Shown here one piece after another: positions 20,834-31,630 of a stretch of 64,000 bases of DNA. The DNA is from Gammaproteobacteria bacterium (GTDB taxonomy: Bacteria; Pseudomonadota; Gammaproteobacteria; Eutrophobiales; Eutrophobiaceae), in the NCBI GenBank assembly GCA_021773215.1, contig JAJFKM010000077.1, forward strand, positions 5,973 to 69,972, given 5' to 3'. A program made the translations under genes and the position numbers. Position 1 is the stretch's first letter. Every line of letters starts with the position of its first letter. The notes under the pieces are model-generated. The model saw nothing but the letters and a program-made list of their open reading frames with translations. It ran no database searches and had not been told where the DNA came from.

Positions 20834-22608
20834 GAGTCAACTCCTTCAAGAGATTCAACTAATTCATCTTCACGTTCCCGGCGTTTGTTAACTTTCCATT
20901 GTATCCACAAGCCAGTAGCCATAACTGAAATGATTGGGCCAATTGATGCCATAGATAAAATACCAAAGCCTTCTATCGCCCCAACTGCTTCACCAAATCC
21001 TAATCCCATCGCTAACACTAAAGGTACAGTTACGGGGCCTGTTGTAACGCCAGCACTGTCCCAGGCAATATTCACAAACTCCTCAGTTGAAAAGTATGTC
21101 AAAACGATAGCAACTAAATAGCCAGGGATAATTATGTAGGCAATCGGTATGGAAAATATAATTTTAAAGATACCTATTGCTATACCACAACCAACACCAA
21201 ACGAAACAGCGTGCATTAATAACTTTTTTCTAAAAGCGCCATTAGTCAGGTTTTCCACGGTCATGCCTAATGCGTTTAATGCCGGCTCGGCAAGCGTTGC
21301 GCCAAAACCAAGTATCCATGCAAAAGCAAGCGCAATCGTCATGCCTAAGGCAAAGTTATATAAGGGGGATTCGCTGATAAGCTCGATCTTTGTGAAGGCG
21401 CCAGGCACCAAGCCACCAGATTGACCACCTAACTTGGACAGGCCATAACTCAGGCCGACATTGAAAATAATCATACCTATTACAGACAGGGAAATTCCAT
21501 AAGCAATGGTGCCTGGATGTTTGATTTTCTCTTTAAGAATATAAATCAGTATAAACATCAAAAACAATACTAATGGAACGATGGCGCGAATACCGGATAA
21601 TAATTCAACGTAAGGTGTTGTTTCGTGCCAACTCAAGGTGGATGATAAGTTACTGATAGAGGCCGCCTCACTAATAATCATTTCGGGTGTTTCTGCAAAG
21701 GAAACAAAAATAGCCAGTATTTGAACGGCGATGATAGGAAATAATGATGCAAGAGTGACAATGCCAAACCCGGATAACGAGGATCGGCCTTTGCCAGCGG
21801 CTGTGGCAATACCAATTCCAAGTGAGAGTACCAGAGGCACGGTAACAGGGCCGGTAGTGACAGCACCACAATCCCATGCGAGACCCAATATTTTGCTAAG
21901 TTCACTGTCGCCCATTATATAGATGGTCAAACCAATGGTCGGTATCAATGACATGTATATCAGTGGTTTTAAACTCCAGCCATAAATAAACCGGAGCGTC
22001 CCCAAAACTGCGGCAAGACCAACACCCATGCCAACCATTAACACCAGCACTTCTGACCATGAGTTTAATAATGAATATAAATAGGGTGCACTTTCAACAT
22101 CAACTATTGCGCCAGCTGTTTTTAGTGCACCTATAGCAGGCTCAGCAAAGGTAACGCCTATACCTAACAAAAAGACAATGAATAATACAGTTGCCAGTCT
22201 CGCCTTTGATGGCAATATATTTCCAATTGTTTCACCAAAAGGCATGAGACCTACTTTAAGGCCTTCAATAAAAAACATAAGACCAAAAATTACGGACATT
22301 AAACCTGCCGTAATAACCCATGAATCTGTAACATTCTGACGTAATATCAATAGTTGAAATAAAATCAGATAAATAGCTAATGGTAATACAGCTTTTAATT
22401 GGTCAATTAAGCGAACCTTAAAATAGGGTTGAACCAGTCGATAGACATCAATAGCGCGTACTTTAAGTTTGCCAGGTCGATAAAGAATATCATTGCCATC
22501 CTGATCTTGTTTTATTTCTGGCGCCAAATCATTGTAGCTAATCTCTTCTTGATGCATTGTTATCTCGCGCACAAAAGCACCAAATCGAATGTGTTTTATA
22601 ATAGGCAT
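20830..22608 (-). CDS. DUF1538 tandem-domain membrane protein
   Basis: Two repeats of the AEPA and AWD(C/S)xxVTTGPVTVPLVL motifs. Confidence 0.85.
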   Translation of the reverse strand: MPIIKHIRFGAFVREITMHQEEISYNDLAPEIKQDQDGNDILYRPGKLKVRAIDVYRLVQPYFKVRLIDQLKAVLPLAIYLILFQLLILRQNVTDSWVITAGLMSVIFGLMFFIEGLKVGLMPFGETIGNILPSKARLATVLFIVFLLGIGVTFAEPAIGALKTAGAIVDVESAPYLYSLLNSWSEVLVLMVGMGVGLAAVLGTLRFIYGWSLKPLIYMSLIPTIGLTIYIMGDSELSKILGLAWDCGAVTTGPVTVPLVLSLGIGIATAAGKGRSSLSGFGIVTLASLFPIIAVQILAIFVSFAETPEMIISEAASISNLSSTLSWHETTPYVELLSGIRAIVPLVLFLMFILIYILKEKIKHPGTIAYGISLSVIGMIIFNVGLSYGLSKLGGQSGGLVPGAFTKIELISESPLYNFALGMTIALAFAWILGFGATLAEPALNALGMTVENLTNGAFRKKLLMHAVSFGVGCGIAIGIFKIIFSIPIAYIIIPGYLVAIVLTYFSTEEFVNIAWDSAGVTTGPVTVPLVLAMGLGFGEAVGAIEGFGILSMASIGPIISVMATGLWIQWKVNKRREREDELVESLEGVDS

Positions 22609-22708
22609 GTTTTATTTCTAAGCTAACTAATTATGGGTGATAATTTCAGGCAATTAGAGACGGTACTCATTGTATATATAAAGTATAAGAGTCATTTAAA
22701 TATGCTAA

Positions 22709-22722
22709 TTGATCTATATCAA
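22709..22722. promoter_or_regulatory. FNR/ANR box upstream of the DUF1538-PII operon
   Basis: Perfect TTGAT-CTAT-ATCAA; minus-strand -10 TATACT at 22682-22687 places the box centre near -41. Confidence 0.75.
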
Positions 22723-22858
22723 AAGCTTTGAGGGTTTGGTTTATAAAATTATGTTTATTAATTTAACATTTTCTATGCATGGTTCTCAAGTATGCGTATT
22801 TGGAGATTGACTATGAAATTTATGGTATAACTGCGGTTCATTCGTAAAAATATTTGTC

Positions 22859-24040
22859 ATGACGTCAGATGAATTTTATTCAAACCTTCCGATACATTCT
22901 GATTTTTCAGTTGTCTCTGATCTGTCTAAGTATTCAAAATTACCTGATGACTGGTTCATTGTTTCTGCAGATATTCAAAATTCAACAGGAGCAATAAAAG
23001 CAGGAAAATATAAGGCAGTCAATATCGTGGGGGTGTCGATAATTACTGCTATTAGGAATATCTCCCCATCGATTTTATTACCTTCAATTTTTGGTGGAGA
23101 TGGTGCTTCATTATGTATCCCAGCCAGTCTTGTTGAAAAAGCGAAAAAAGCATTAATAGCAACAAAATTCATGGCTGAAAAACAATTCGACCTTAACCTG
23201 AGAGTTGGTGTTGTTCCGATTGTTGACGTTAGAAATGCAGGTCATGAGGTCTTTGTTTCGCGTTACAAAATGTCCGAGCACTATAATCAAGCAGCGTTCT
23301 CCGGTGGCGGGATAGAGTATGCGGAAAACCTGATCAAAGATGATGAAAAAGGACAGCAATATCGATTTGAAAATAATGGCCAAGAGACAAGTACTGATTA
23401 TTCAGGGCTGGAATGTCGTTGGGACAACATACCAAGCAAACATGGTGAAACGATTGCTTTAATTGTTAAGGTGACCGCGTCTTCAATAGATGAAGAATCC
23501 AGGATTTACAATGATATTATTGTAAAGATTCAACAAATATACGGGGCTGATAATGAATGCCAGCCTATCCATGAAGGTGGCCTAAGCTTGACGAGTAATA
23601 TAAGCAAATTAATAAATGAAGTCAGTGTCAGAACACATAAGGAAAGCGTATTTTCAGTAATAAATTATTGGATAAAATTATATATTCAAAATATTTTAGG
23701 CTGGATATTTATCACATTTAAATTGAATATCGCAGGAGTGCCTTGGGGTTCATATAAGTCCGAAGTAATCAGCAATACTGATTTTAAAAAATTTGATGGT
23801 GTCTTACGACAAGTTATATCAGGCACAAAAAAACAGCGAGAAGAATTGGCTGCTTATCTAAATGAAAAATATATAAATAAGCAATGTTTCTACGGCATAC
23901 ACGCATCAAGTTCAGCCCTAATGACCTGTATGATTGATAATCGAGCAGGCGAGCATTTTCATTTTGTAGATGCAGCTGATGGTGGTTATGCAATTGCTGC
24001 ATTGCAAATGAAAGCGCAAATAAAATTAGCTGATTTGTGA
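22859..24040 (+). CDS. DUF3095 family protein
   Basis: LPDDW...DIQNSTGAIKAGKYKAVN, FGGDGA, GLECRW, DFKKFDG, HFHFVDAADGGYA. Confidence 0.85.
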   Translation: MTSDEFYSNLPIHSDFSVVSDLSKYSKLPDDWFIVSADIQNSTGAIKAGKYKAVNIVGVSIITAIRNISPSILLPSIFGGDGASLCIPASLVEKAKKALIATKFMAEKQFDLNLRVGVVPIVDVRNAGHEVFVSRYKMSEHYNQAAFSGGGIEYAENLIKDDEKGQQYRFENNGQETSTDYSGLECRWDNIPSKHGETIALIVKVTASSIDEESRIYNDIIVKIQQIYGADNECQPIHEGGLSLTSNISKLINEVSVRTHKESVFSVINYWIKLYIQNILGWIFITFKLNIAGVPWGSYKSEVISNTDFKKFDGVLRQVISGTKKQREELAAYLNEKYINKQCFYGIHASSSALMTCMIDNRAGEHFHFVDAADGGYAIAALQMKAQIKLADL

Positions 24041-24115
24041 GATTTTTATTAAACCTCCTTAAGTAGTAATGCAGAATATGATAGTTTTGATATTCAGTGT
24101 GGCGGAGGTAATTCA

Positions 24116-24676
24116 ATGGATAAAGAATATTCTGTTACGATTGATGGCGATGCCGTCATCTTTGAGTTTAAAGATAGCTTGATTCACTGCGAGGGTGAGG
24201 CTACCGGGAATATCGATGCCATCATTACTACTAAACCGCCATTGCCACAAAATCTCTTGTTAGATGAATTACATATCAAAATTCCCGGAACGGATGAACT
24301 ACTTTACATCTATGGTTTTGGTGTCGTTGAAAATAGTCTGAAGGCGACATTTAATTCCTCCATCCATGTCGATAAAAACAATCTTCCTGAAGTTGTTGAG
24401 GTCTATTGGGGGGCTAATGGTGAGAAACTTATCGGTGAGATGTCTTGTCGACTATATTCCGAAAACATAGAGCATGAATTAGCCGATGAGCTTGAAGAGA
24501 TAGATATAGAAGAGTTAAATAATAATAAAGCTCCAGGTTCAAACAATGAAAATGCTAAGAAACAAAGCTCAGCGCCTTTAATATCGACGGCAAAAAACAA
24601 GAGCCCCCTCAAAATAATCACAATAGTGATTTTAATTGTCGTAGTTGTGCATTTAATCTATTTTATTATTGCCTGA
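24116..24676 (+). CDS. Hypothetical protein with C-terminal membrane anchor
   Basis: GGAGG RBS, acidic domain, C-terminal TM. Confidence 0.7.
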   Translation: MDKEYSVTIDGDAVIFEFKDSLIHCEGEATGNIDAIITTKPPLPQNLLLDELHIKIPGTDELLYIYGFGVVENSLKATFNSSIHVDKNNLPEVVEVYWGANGEKLIGEMSCRLYSENIEHELADELEEIDIEELNNNKAPGSNNENAKKQSSAPLISTAKNKSPLKIITIVILIVVVVHLIYFIIA

Positions 24677-24756
24677 TAGTATAAATATTATTGATCAGTA
24701 CTAAATTATGCTCAGATGAAGCGATCTTGATAAGATCGGAAAAAAAATCGGTTTAA

Positions 24757-26430
24757 TTGTACAATCTCCTGATGTCTGCATTAATTGCTATTACACCGCT
24801 TGCTATTGTTTTTTTATTGCTAGTTATATGGCAATGGACAGCGAAACGAACCATGCCTATTGGTCTTATCGTTACTGTATTACTAGCCCTTTTTTATTGG
24901 CAAGTTGAACCAATAACCATAGCTGCTGCTAGCATTGAAGGGTTAATCATAGCTGGAAAGGTGCTTTATATTGTTTTTGGAGCCTTATTGTTACTGTTTG
25001 TATTAGTGCACTCTGGCGTTGTATCAACAATTCGAAATGCTTTTACACAGATATCTCCAGACCCAAGAATACAAGTAATAATTATTGCCTGGGCCTTTGG
25101 TGCCTTTATCGAGGGTGCGTCTGGTTTTGGTACGCCTGCAGCTGTTGCAGGACCATTACTGGTCGTATTGGGGTTTCCTCCTTTAGCAGCAGTGATGTGT
25201 GCCTTAATTATACAAAGCACACCGGTATCATTTGGTGCTGCAGGCACGCCAATATTAATAGGCGTGCACGACGGTTTAGCTGGACAAGCTATTGTTGATG
25301 TTTATATAGCAACACAAGATCATATTGGATCATTAGACGAACTTGTTTTCTTGATCGGTGGCAAAGTGGCATTAATCCATGCATGTATTGGTTTTGTTAT
25401 ACCTTTATTTGTGGTCACGCTTTTGACACGCTTTTTTGGTACTAATCGTAGTTGGCGAGAAGGGCTTGAAGTTTGGAAGTTTGCATTATTCGCCGGCATA
25501 ACATTTGTTGTACCTTATGCCGTATTTGCAAATGTGCTTGGACCAGAGTTTCCCTCATTGATTGGCGGTCTTGTTGCGCTAGTTGCAACGACAATAGCCG
25601 CTAAACGCGGATTATTTCAACCTGAAAAAATATGGCGATTTCCTGAAAAGGCTGATTGGTTGGATAACTGGAAAGCATCGGAACCCGTCCATGAAGTTGA
25701 TGGTCATAACAAATCAATACCAATATGGAAAGCATGTTTGCCTTATGCACTTATCGGTTTTTTGTTAGTCATTACGCGCTTACCAGAATTACCTTTTAAG
25801 TCATTTTTAGCGGGATTTAAGTTGTCGATACCGGCAATCTTAGACACTAACATTAACGCTTCAATTAATTTTCTTTATCTGCCAGGTAGTATTTTTATTT
25901 TAGTTGCGATTATTTGCCTTCCATTGTATCGAATGTCAAAGCCTGAAATTTTTGCTGCTGTAAAAAGTACTGCAAGAGCATTCAAAAATGCAGCTGTTGT
26001 ATTAATTTTTGCAGTCCCTATGGTACGTATATTTATTCAATCTGATATTAATTCTGCTGGACTAGCCAGTATGCCAATTGAATTAGCACAGACAATTGCA
26101 TCATTGTCAGGTCAGGCGTGGCCAATATTTTCTGCACCGATAGGTGCATTAGGTGCGTTTATTGCGGGCAGCAATACTATTAGTAACCTTACTTTCTCCT
26201 TATTTCAATTTGGCGTGGGAATCAAAACAGGGTTGTCGCCATTACTGATTGTTGCTTTACAAGCTATAGGTGGCGCAGCTGGCAATATGATTTGTATCCA
26301 TAATATTGTGGCTGCTTCAGCAACATGCGGTCTTTCTGGTCAAGAGGGTAGCTTAATTCGTAAAACAATTATTCCAACAACATATTATCTTTTAATGGCT
26401 GCGGTTATTGCCGTGATATTTGTTATATGA
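24757..26430 (+). CDS. L-lactate permease (LctP/LldP family)
   Basis: [43 protein letters not shown]. Confidence 0.92.
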   Translation: MYNLLMSALIAITPLAIVFLLLVIWQWTAKRTMPIGLIVTVLLALFYWQVEPITIAAASIEGLIIAGKVLYIVFGALLLLFVLVHSGVVSTIRNAFTQISPDPRIQVIIIAWAFGAFIEGASGFGTPAAVAGPLLVVLGFPPLAAVMCALIIQSTPVSFGAAGTPILIGVHDGLAGQAIVDVYIATQDHIGSLDELVFLIGGKVALIHACIGFVIPLFVVTLLTRFFGTNRSWREGLEVWKFALFAGITFVVPYAVFANVLGPEFPSLIGGLVALVATTIAAKRGLFQPEKIWRFPEKADWLDNWKASEPVHEVDGHNKSIPIWKACLPYALIGFLLVITRLPELPFKSFLAGFKLSIPAILDTNINASINFLYLPGSIFILVAIICLPLYRMSKPEIFAAVKSTARAFKNAAVVLIFAVPMVRIFIQSDINSAGLASMPIELAQTIASLSGQAWPIFSAPIGALGAFIAGSNTISNLTFSLFQFGVGIKTGLSPLLIVALQAIGGAAGNMICIHNIVAASATCGLSGQEGSLIRKTIIPTTYYLLMAAVIAVIFVI

Positions 26431-27353
26431 AAAATTATATTTTTATACTATTAATTTTGTTTTTGACTGCCTGTGGGCAATCAGAATTTGAAGTAGCACT
26501 TGAAGCATTTCATGCAAGTGAATATGAAACTGCACTTAAAAAATTGACACCTCTTGCCGAATCGGGCAATAGCATGGCACAAAACTATATTGGTTTAATC
26601 TACGAAAGGGGTCTTGGTCTCGAACGTGATTATACTAAAGCGGCTAAATGGTATCAGAAAGCTGCAAAAGGTGGTGTGGCCGAATCACAGATAAGATTAG
26701 CGCAACTCTATATTATCGGTCTTGGTGTAAAGCGTGATTATTGGCTGGCATTAAAGTGGGCTCGTAATGCAGCTGTTCAAGGTAATGCCGAAGCTGAAGC
26801 AAATTTGGGTTATATGTTTCACGATGGAATAGGTGTTAAGCAAGATTATAAAGAAGCAGCTAAATGGTATCGCAAGGCTGCAGAGAAAGGTACTGCCAGT
26901 GCTCAGCACGATTTAGGTGTCATGTATGAGAATGGCCTTGGCCTAAATCAAGATTACACTGCTGCAATAGAGTGGTACCGAAAAGCTGCAGCTCAAGGTA
27001 TTTTTAATTCTCAAAAAAATCTACTTAACATGTATCAGGAAGGTTTGGGTGTCCCGCAAAATAATATTGAGGCTTTGGAATGGTTTATTGATGCGGCATA
27101 TCAAAAAAATATAATGGCCCAATTTTATCTAGGCGCTATATATTTCGAGGGCATTAAAGTGGAACAAGATTTTATCCATGCATATGCTTGGATGGGTATT
27201 GTTGCCGCGGGTGGTTACAAGCAAGCAGAGAAATTACGCGATAATATTGAAGCCTATATGACTATTGAAGAGCGAAAAGCAGGGCATGCTCTTGCTAAAG
27301 AATTGTGGGAAAAATATGGGGTAACTCAAAATAAAAATAAACAGAAAGCATAG
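26427..27353 (+). CDS. Sel1-repeat lipoprotein
   Basis: Lipobox LTAC; repeated A..LG.MY..G.GV.QDY..A..WYRKAA. Confidence 0.9.
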   Translation: MKNYIFILLILFLTACGQSEFEVALEAFHASEYETALKKLTPLAESGNSMAQNYIGLIYERGLGLERDYTKAAKWYQKAAKGGVAESQIRLAQLYIIGLGVKRDYWLALKWARNAAVQGNAEAEANLGYMFHDGIGVKQDYKEAAKWYRKAAEKGTASAQHDLGVMYENGLGLNQDYTAAIEWYRKAAAQGIFNSQKNLLNMYQEGLGVPQNNIEALEWFIDAAYQKNIMAQFYLGAIYFEGIKVEQDFIHAYAWMGIVAAGGYKQAEKLRDNIEAYMTIEERKAGHALAKELWEKYGVTQNKNKQKA

Positions 27354-27567
27354 ATAAAGAAAATAATATGAACTTTTACAGATTAATATATGACTAAGCT
27401 TCATAACTATTAAAATTAGGCAGAATATCGCAACCCCATGAAAACAAAAACTCTGAAAAAACAGTATTTTATTTGGCATCGCACGGTTATGTGCGACGGC
27501 TTTATAGATCTGTGTGTCTGTGGGGTAATAATTTGATCTAATAGTTTAGGTTTGAGTAACTCTTAAG

Positions 27568-27601
27568 AAGGCCGCAGGTGAACAACCTCCGGCCTTTTTT
27601 T
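27568..27601 (+). terminator. Rho-independent terminator (possibly of an intergenic sRNA)
   Basis: AAGGCCG-CAGGT...ACCT-CCGGCC followed by a T run. Confidence 0.7.
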
Positions 27602-27617
27602 GTGTCCATGGACGCAA

Positions 27618-27660
27618 CGCCTACAGGGACCTCGGTACGCCCTTGAGGGGTGTGTAGGCG
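27618..27660. repeat. REP-like dispersed palindrome, copy 1 (core GGACCTCGGTACSCCCTTGAGGGGTG)
   Basis: Core recurs at about 37316-37341; here closed by a CGCCTACA/TGTAGGCG stem. Confidence 0.75.
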
Positions 27661-27744
27661 GTAGAGTGACTAACAAACGGAAACAGAGTTCTAAACGTAA
27701 TAACCGTAAAACAACAGGAGGCTCATAAATAATGAGATAGTAAA

Positions 27745-28134
27745 ATGAAACACTTAAATAGAATTGCCAATTTATTAGTTTGGTTAATATTTATTCCTTT
27801 GTCAGCACAAGGACAGGGAATCGATTACACCATGAGAAGTTACACAACACAGTCTTGTGAGTTATTCGCAAATGATGCTTATTTTGCAGCGAGTACCTTT
27901 AAACGTGGTGCTGTGCTCCAGGAAGTATTGGAGTCAATTAACGACGTCTCAGTTGCAGATAGCATGAAACATCGTGCTTTTCAGGCAGTTCAATTAGTGT
28001 GGAAAAATCAGTTAGACAACCCTACGCTGGCTTATAGTTTGGCAATGGGCTTGTGTCTAAAGCCCAAAAAGGAAATGGCGCCTATAGATGAGCCTTCGGT
28101 AAGTTCATTAAGAACAAGTAAAGAGTTCTTTTAG
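27745..28134 (+). CDS. Hypothetical secreted protein
   Basis: Signal peptide (..LSAQG), two Cys. Confidence 0.7.
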   Translation: MKHLNRIANLLVWLIFIPLSAQGQGIDYTMRSYTTQSCELFANDAYFAASTFKRGAVLQEVLESINDVSVADSMKHRAFQAVQLVWKNQLDNPTLAYSLAMGLCLKPKKEMAPIDEPSVSSLRTSKEFF

Positions 28135-28215
28135 CTGCGCATGATTGCATAAGGAAGTGCAATTGATGCTGATTGGAAAGCTTTAATTGTCTGACCTTAC
28201 TTCTGACTGAAATAA

Positions 28216-29082
28216 TTATTCAGTTAATAAACCTTTTCTTTTATAGAGGCTCGTATCTATTTCTGTTTCTTCGTTATCTTTTTTATGTAGTACAGGCATC
28301 ATATCAAAGTACGGACGAATGACGTCAGATTGAGATTTTTCAAATTGTTCGAAAGGTCCATCAAAATGAACCTTGCCATGATGTAGCATGATCGTCCTTG
28401 GGCGCAAGCGACTAAGTAAATCTTTGTCGTGCGTTATGATGATTGAAGTGCGTTTCGATTCATCATCAAGGTTAGTGTTATGAATATTAAAAATGAGATC
28501 ATGAATGTTGGTGGAGCTAGTTGGATCAAGACCTGTTGTTGGTTCATCATAAAACAAAACATAGGGATCCATTGATATGGCGCGAGCTATTGCAAGTCGC
28601 TTGGCCATACCTCCTGACAAAGCATTGCTGCTTTTATCCATAAACTGTTTGTCATTAGGTAGGTCGACTGATGCTAATGCGCGTTCTGCTATTGGCTTTA
28701 TGACATCATCTTCCAATCCTTTGATTTCTTTTAACCACAACGCGATATTAAAATAAACTGATCCTGAGAAGAGGGCATTGCGTTGAAAAACCACGCCCCA
28801 ATGTTTATGAATGTCATCAATATCAAGCGCATTAAATTCATTAAGGTTTTTCAATTCCGCTATGTCATGTGTTCTGTCTAATATTCGGATGCTGCCTTTG
28901 TCGATCGCATATTGTCCCAATATTGAATTTAACAATACTGTTTTGCCGCAACCTGAACCACCAACAATAGCAATTATCTCTCCGCTATAGAGCTCTAAAT
29001 TAATTCCTTTTAAAACCGCATTTCCAGAAAAAGACTTGTATAAGTCTTTAATTTGAAATTCGATTTGTGGTTCAGTATTCAC
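28216..29082 (-). CDS. ABC transporter ATP-binding protein, MlaF/Ttg2A-like
   Basis: GGSGCGKT, VVFQRNALF, LSGGMAKR, YDEPTTGLDP, ITHD. Confidence 0.85.
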   Translation of the reverse strand: MNTEPQIEFQIKDLYKSFSGNAVLKGINLELYSGEIIAIVGGSGCGKTVLLNSILGQYAIDKGSIRILDRTHDIAELKNLNEFNALDIDDIHKHWGVVFQRNALFSGSVYFNIALWLKEIKGLEDDVIKPIAERALASVDLPNDKQFMDKSSNALSGGMAKRLAIARAISMDPYVLFYDEPTTGLDPTSSTNIHDLIFNIHNTNLDDESKRTSIIITHDKDLLSRLRPRTIMLHHGKVHFDGPFEQFEKSQSDVIRPYFDMMPVLHKKDNEETEIDTSLYKRKGLLTE

Positions 29083-29105
29083 ACGTGATGTGCTTTGTGT
29101 GTTAT

Positions 29106-30017
29106 CTAGAATAAATCTTCAATAGAAAGATAACGTTCCCCAGAGTCATAACTAAAGATCAAGACACAACTCCCTGAAGGCATGTCATTTTCTTTTTGTT
29201 TTACTGCAGATAAAGTTGCGCCAGAAGAGATACCAATAAATATCCCTTCTTCCTTTGTGCATCGACGAGCCATATCAAAAGAATCTTCTTCAGAAACTTG
29301 TATTGTTCCATCAAGGATATCTACATTTAGCACCTCTGGTACAAAGCCTGCTCCTATACCTTGAAGGCGATGCAATCCTTTTTCACCGCCACTAATGACG
29401 GGAGATTTTTCAGGCTCAACAGCAAAGACTTTTAAATTTGAAAACTTTTCTTTCAATATCTCTGCGCAACCAGTGATATGTCCACCAGTGCCAACACCCG
29501 TAATCATATAATCAATCCCTTCAGGGAAATCAGCGAGAATTTCCTGAGCGGTTGTTTCTCTATGGACTTGCGCATTGGCGGGGTTTTCAAATTGCTGTGG
29601 CATCCACCCATTTGGGTTTTCAGCAAGGAGTTCTTTTGCCTTTGCAATAGTGCCTCCCATCCCTAATTCTTTTGGCGTTAAAACCAGTTCTGCACCAAGT
29701 GCTTGCATGTATTTACGTCTTTCAATAGACATAGATTCTGGCATTGTCAGTATGAGACGATATCCCTTGACTGCAGCAACCAGTGCTAGCCCTATGCCGG
29801 TATTGCCTGAAGTAGGTTCAATGATGACAGTATCTTTATTGATTAAACCTTTTGCCTCTGCATCCTCAATCATCGCTTTTGCAATACGATCTTTAATGCT
29901 ACTACAGGGATTAAAGCTCTCCGTTTTCATCCAGACTTCGATGTCATCTCGAAACAAATTATTTATTCGAATATGCGGTGTATTACCTATTGTTTGCAAA
30001 ATATTGTCGTATTTCAT
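29106..30017 (-). CDS. cysK: Cysteine synthase A
   Basis: SIKDRIA (PLP Lys), [23 protein letters not shown]. Confidence 0.93.
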   Translation of the reverse strand: MKYDNILQTIGNTPHIRINNLFRDDIEVWMKTESFNPCSSIKDRIAKAMIEDAEAKGLINKDTVIIEPTSGNTGIGLALVAAVKGYRLILTMPESMSIERRKYMQALGAELVLTPKELGMGGTIAKAKELLAENPNGWMPQQFENPANAQVHRETTAQEILADFPEGIDYMITGVGTGGHITGCAEILKEKFSNLKVFAVEPEKSPVISGGEKGLHRLQGIGAGFVPEVLNVDILDGTIQVSEEDSFDMARRCTKEEGIFIGISSGATLSAVKQKENDMPSGSCVLIFSYDSGERYLSIEDLF

Positions 30018-30301
30018 GATTTTTTTCCGTTATTACAGCTATGATTTGATTTTGTATGTGATATCAATCTTGTATCTAGATTATAACCCCTGAGTATGAT
30101 GAATGAATTCTTTTTAAAGCTAGCGACAGGTAATAATTATTAGCATTATTTTAAACTCTATTTAATCGTTATCTTATTGAATATAAATGATATATATCAG
30201 TCAATTTAATGTTTATTGAAATAGATAGACATTGTTAATGAGCGCGCATATTATTAGCGCGCAAAGTAAAATAACGTTAATCATTTTTGAGGTAATTTAT
30301 T

Positions 30302-30796
30302 ATGGCGATTAAAGCAGGGGATAGTCTCCCGGCAAGTTCATTTATGTGGATGGGACCGGATTCAGAAATAGATGTTCGCACGAGTACGACTGATGAAATA
30401 TTCAAAGGTAAAAAAGTAGCAGTATTTGGTTTGCCTGGTGCATATACGCCAGTCTGCTCAGCCGACCACTTGCCCGGATTCGTAAAGGTAGCTGATTCTT
30501 TACTTGAAAAGGGAGTTGATGCTGTAGTTTGTGTTTCGATCAATGACCCATTTGTAATGGATGCATGGGCACAAGCGCAAGGTGTTGGTGCTAACATTCA
30601 AATGCTTTGTGATCCGACAGCAGCTTTTACAAATGCAATAGGCCTGAATCTGGATCTTGCTGACTTTGGACTTGGCGTTCGTTCTGAGCGTTATTCAATG
30701 ATTGTTGATGACGGCGTTGTTTCAACGATAAATGTTGAAGAAAGCATTCTGGCTTGTGATGCTAGTAGCGCTGACGCATTACTTGCTCAAGTTTAA
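30302..30796 (+). CDS. Peroxiredoxin (Prx5/type 2 family)
   Basis: FGLPGAYTPVCSADHLPG; NDPFVM; RSERYSM. Confidence 0.93.
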   Translation: MAIKAGDSLPASSFMWMGPDSEIDVRTSTTDEIFKGKKVAVFGLPGAYTPVCSADHLPGFVKVADSLLEKGVDAVVCVSINDPFVMDAWAQAQGVGANIQMLCDPTAAFTNAIGLNLDLADFGLGVRSERYSMIVDDGVVSTINVEESILACDASSADALLAQV

Positions 30797-30892
30797 GCAG
30801 TAATAAAATATAGTAGAATAGGATTGTGTCTTTATAAGAACTGGTTTTCTGAGAATGTTAAACATTATTACAACCAATAAAGCAGGATTGAA

Positions 30893-31225
30893 TTGCTAAT
30901 GTATTCAAGAATTAAAATAGGCTTAATTTTCTGCTTATTAGCTACGGGTTGTAGTGATTATCAAACCGGATATCAGGAGGGGTATAGGCATGGTTACCAA
31001 GAAGCAAAACACAACAGATGGATAGTGTTTGGACGTGGTGATTATCTAAGAGGCTATGATGCTGGTCAGGCAGAAAAATTCCAGGAAGAGTGGGTGTCTG
31101 AAGACCCACTTGAGCTAGTTGATTCCCCTTCACGCTGTCGTGATATAAAAATAGAAGCGGATGCCTTAATGTTTTTACCTAAAGAATACAGAAAAATAAG
31201 TTTAGATTCGTATCAAGTTAAATAA
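30893..31225 (+). CDS. Hypothetical lipoprotein
   Basis: LATGC lipobox followed by Y..GY..GY repeats. Confidence 0.6.
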   Translation: MLMYSRIKIGLIFCLLATGCSDYQTGYQEGYRHGYQEAKHNRWIVFGRGDYLRGYDAGQAEKFQEEWVSEDPLELVDSPSRCRDIKIEADALMFLPKEYRKISLDSYQVK

Positions 31226-31630
31226 AACGCTTGCTTACTAAATTTAAAGGCACTTGCAAATCATAGATAGTGATTGCTGCGTTAATTAATAATGTCCATT
31301 AACGTATCTGAATAATATTTTCAAACACCCATCTTGCAATTATAAAATTTCTTTTCTGCTAATAAGTTTAAATATACATAAATATAATGAGTCCTTTTGG
31401 TGCATTCTCGATTGCACTATGCCTAGTCATGGGGCAATTAAACTTATAGCGTTTTCACTACACGATTCAACCTGCATGTAAATGCTTGATATATATGATC
31501 AACAAATCAATAGCTGAAAAATAATGGGACAATTCTTTGTTAAGCAAAACGTGCATAGAACTTGCTAAGTTAATTCTATAGCTCCAAGGATGTTGAGCGT
31601 TAAAAAAATAATAAATAAAGTTTTACTTAG

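Noticed and set aside
28216-29082. Complete Mla lipid-transport operon
   Set aside because: Only the ATPase is present; no mlaE or mlaD is adjacent, so no gene symbol was assigned.
29575-30093. 172-aa plus-strand ORF, and similar antisense ORFs over ccm, katG, DUF1538 and metH
   Set aside because: They lie opposite well-conserved genes and show no recognisable motifs.
31390-31570. NtrC/sigma54 promoter upstream of amt
   Set aside because: Only half-sites (TTTTGGTGCA, TGCACTAT) are present and the -24 GG is missing before TTGCT; too weak to call.
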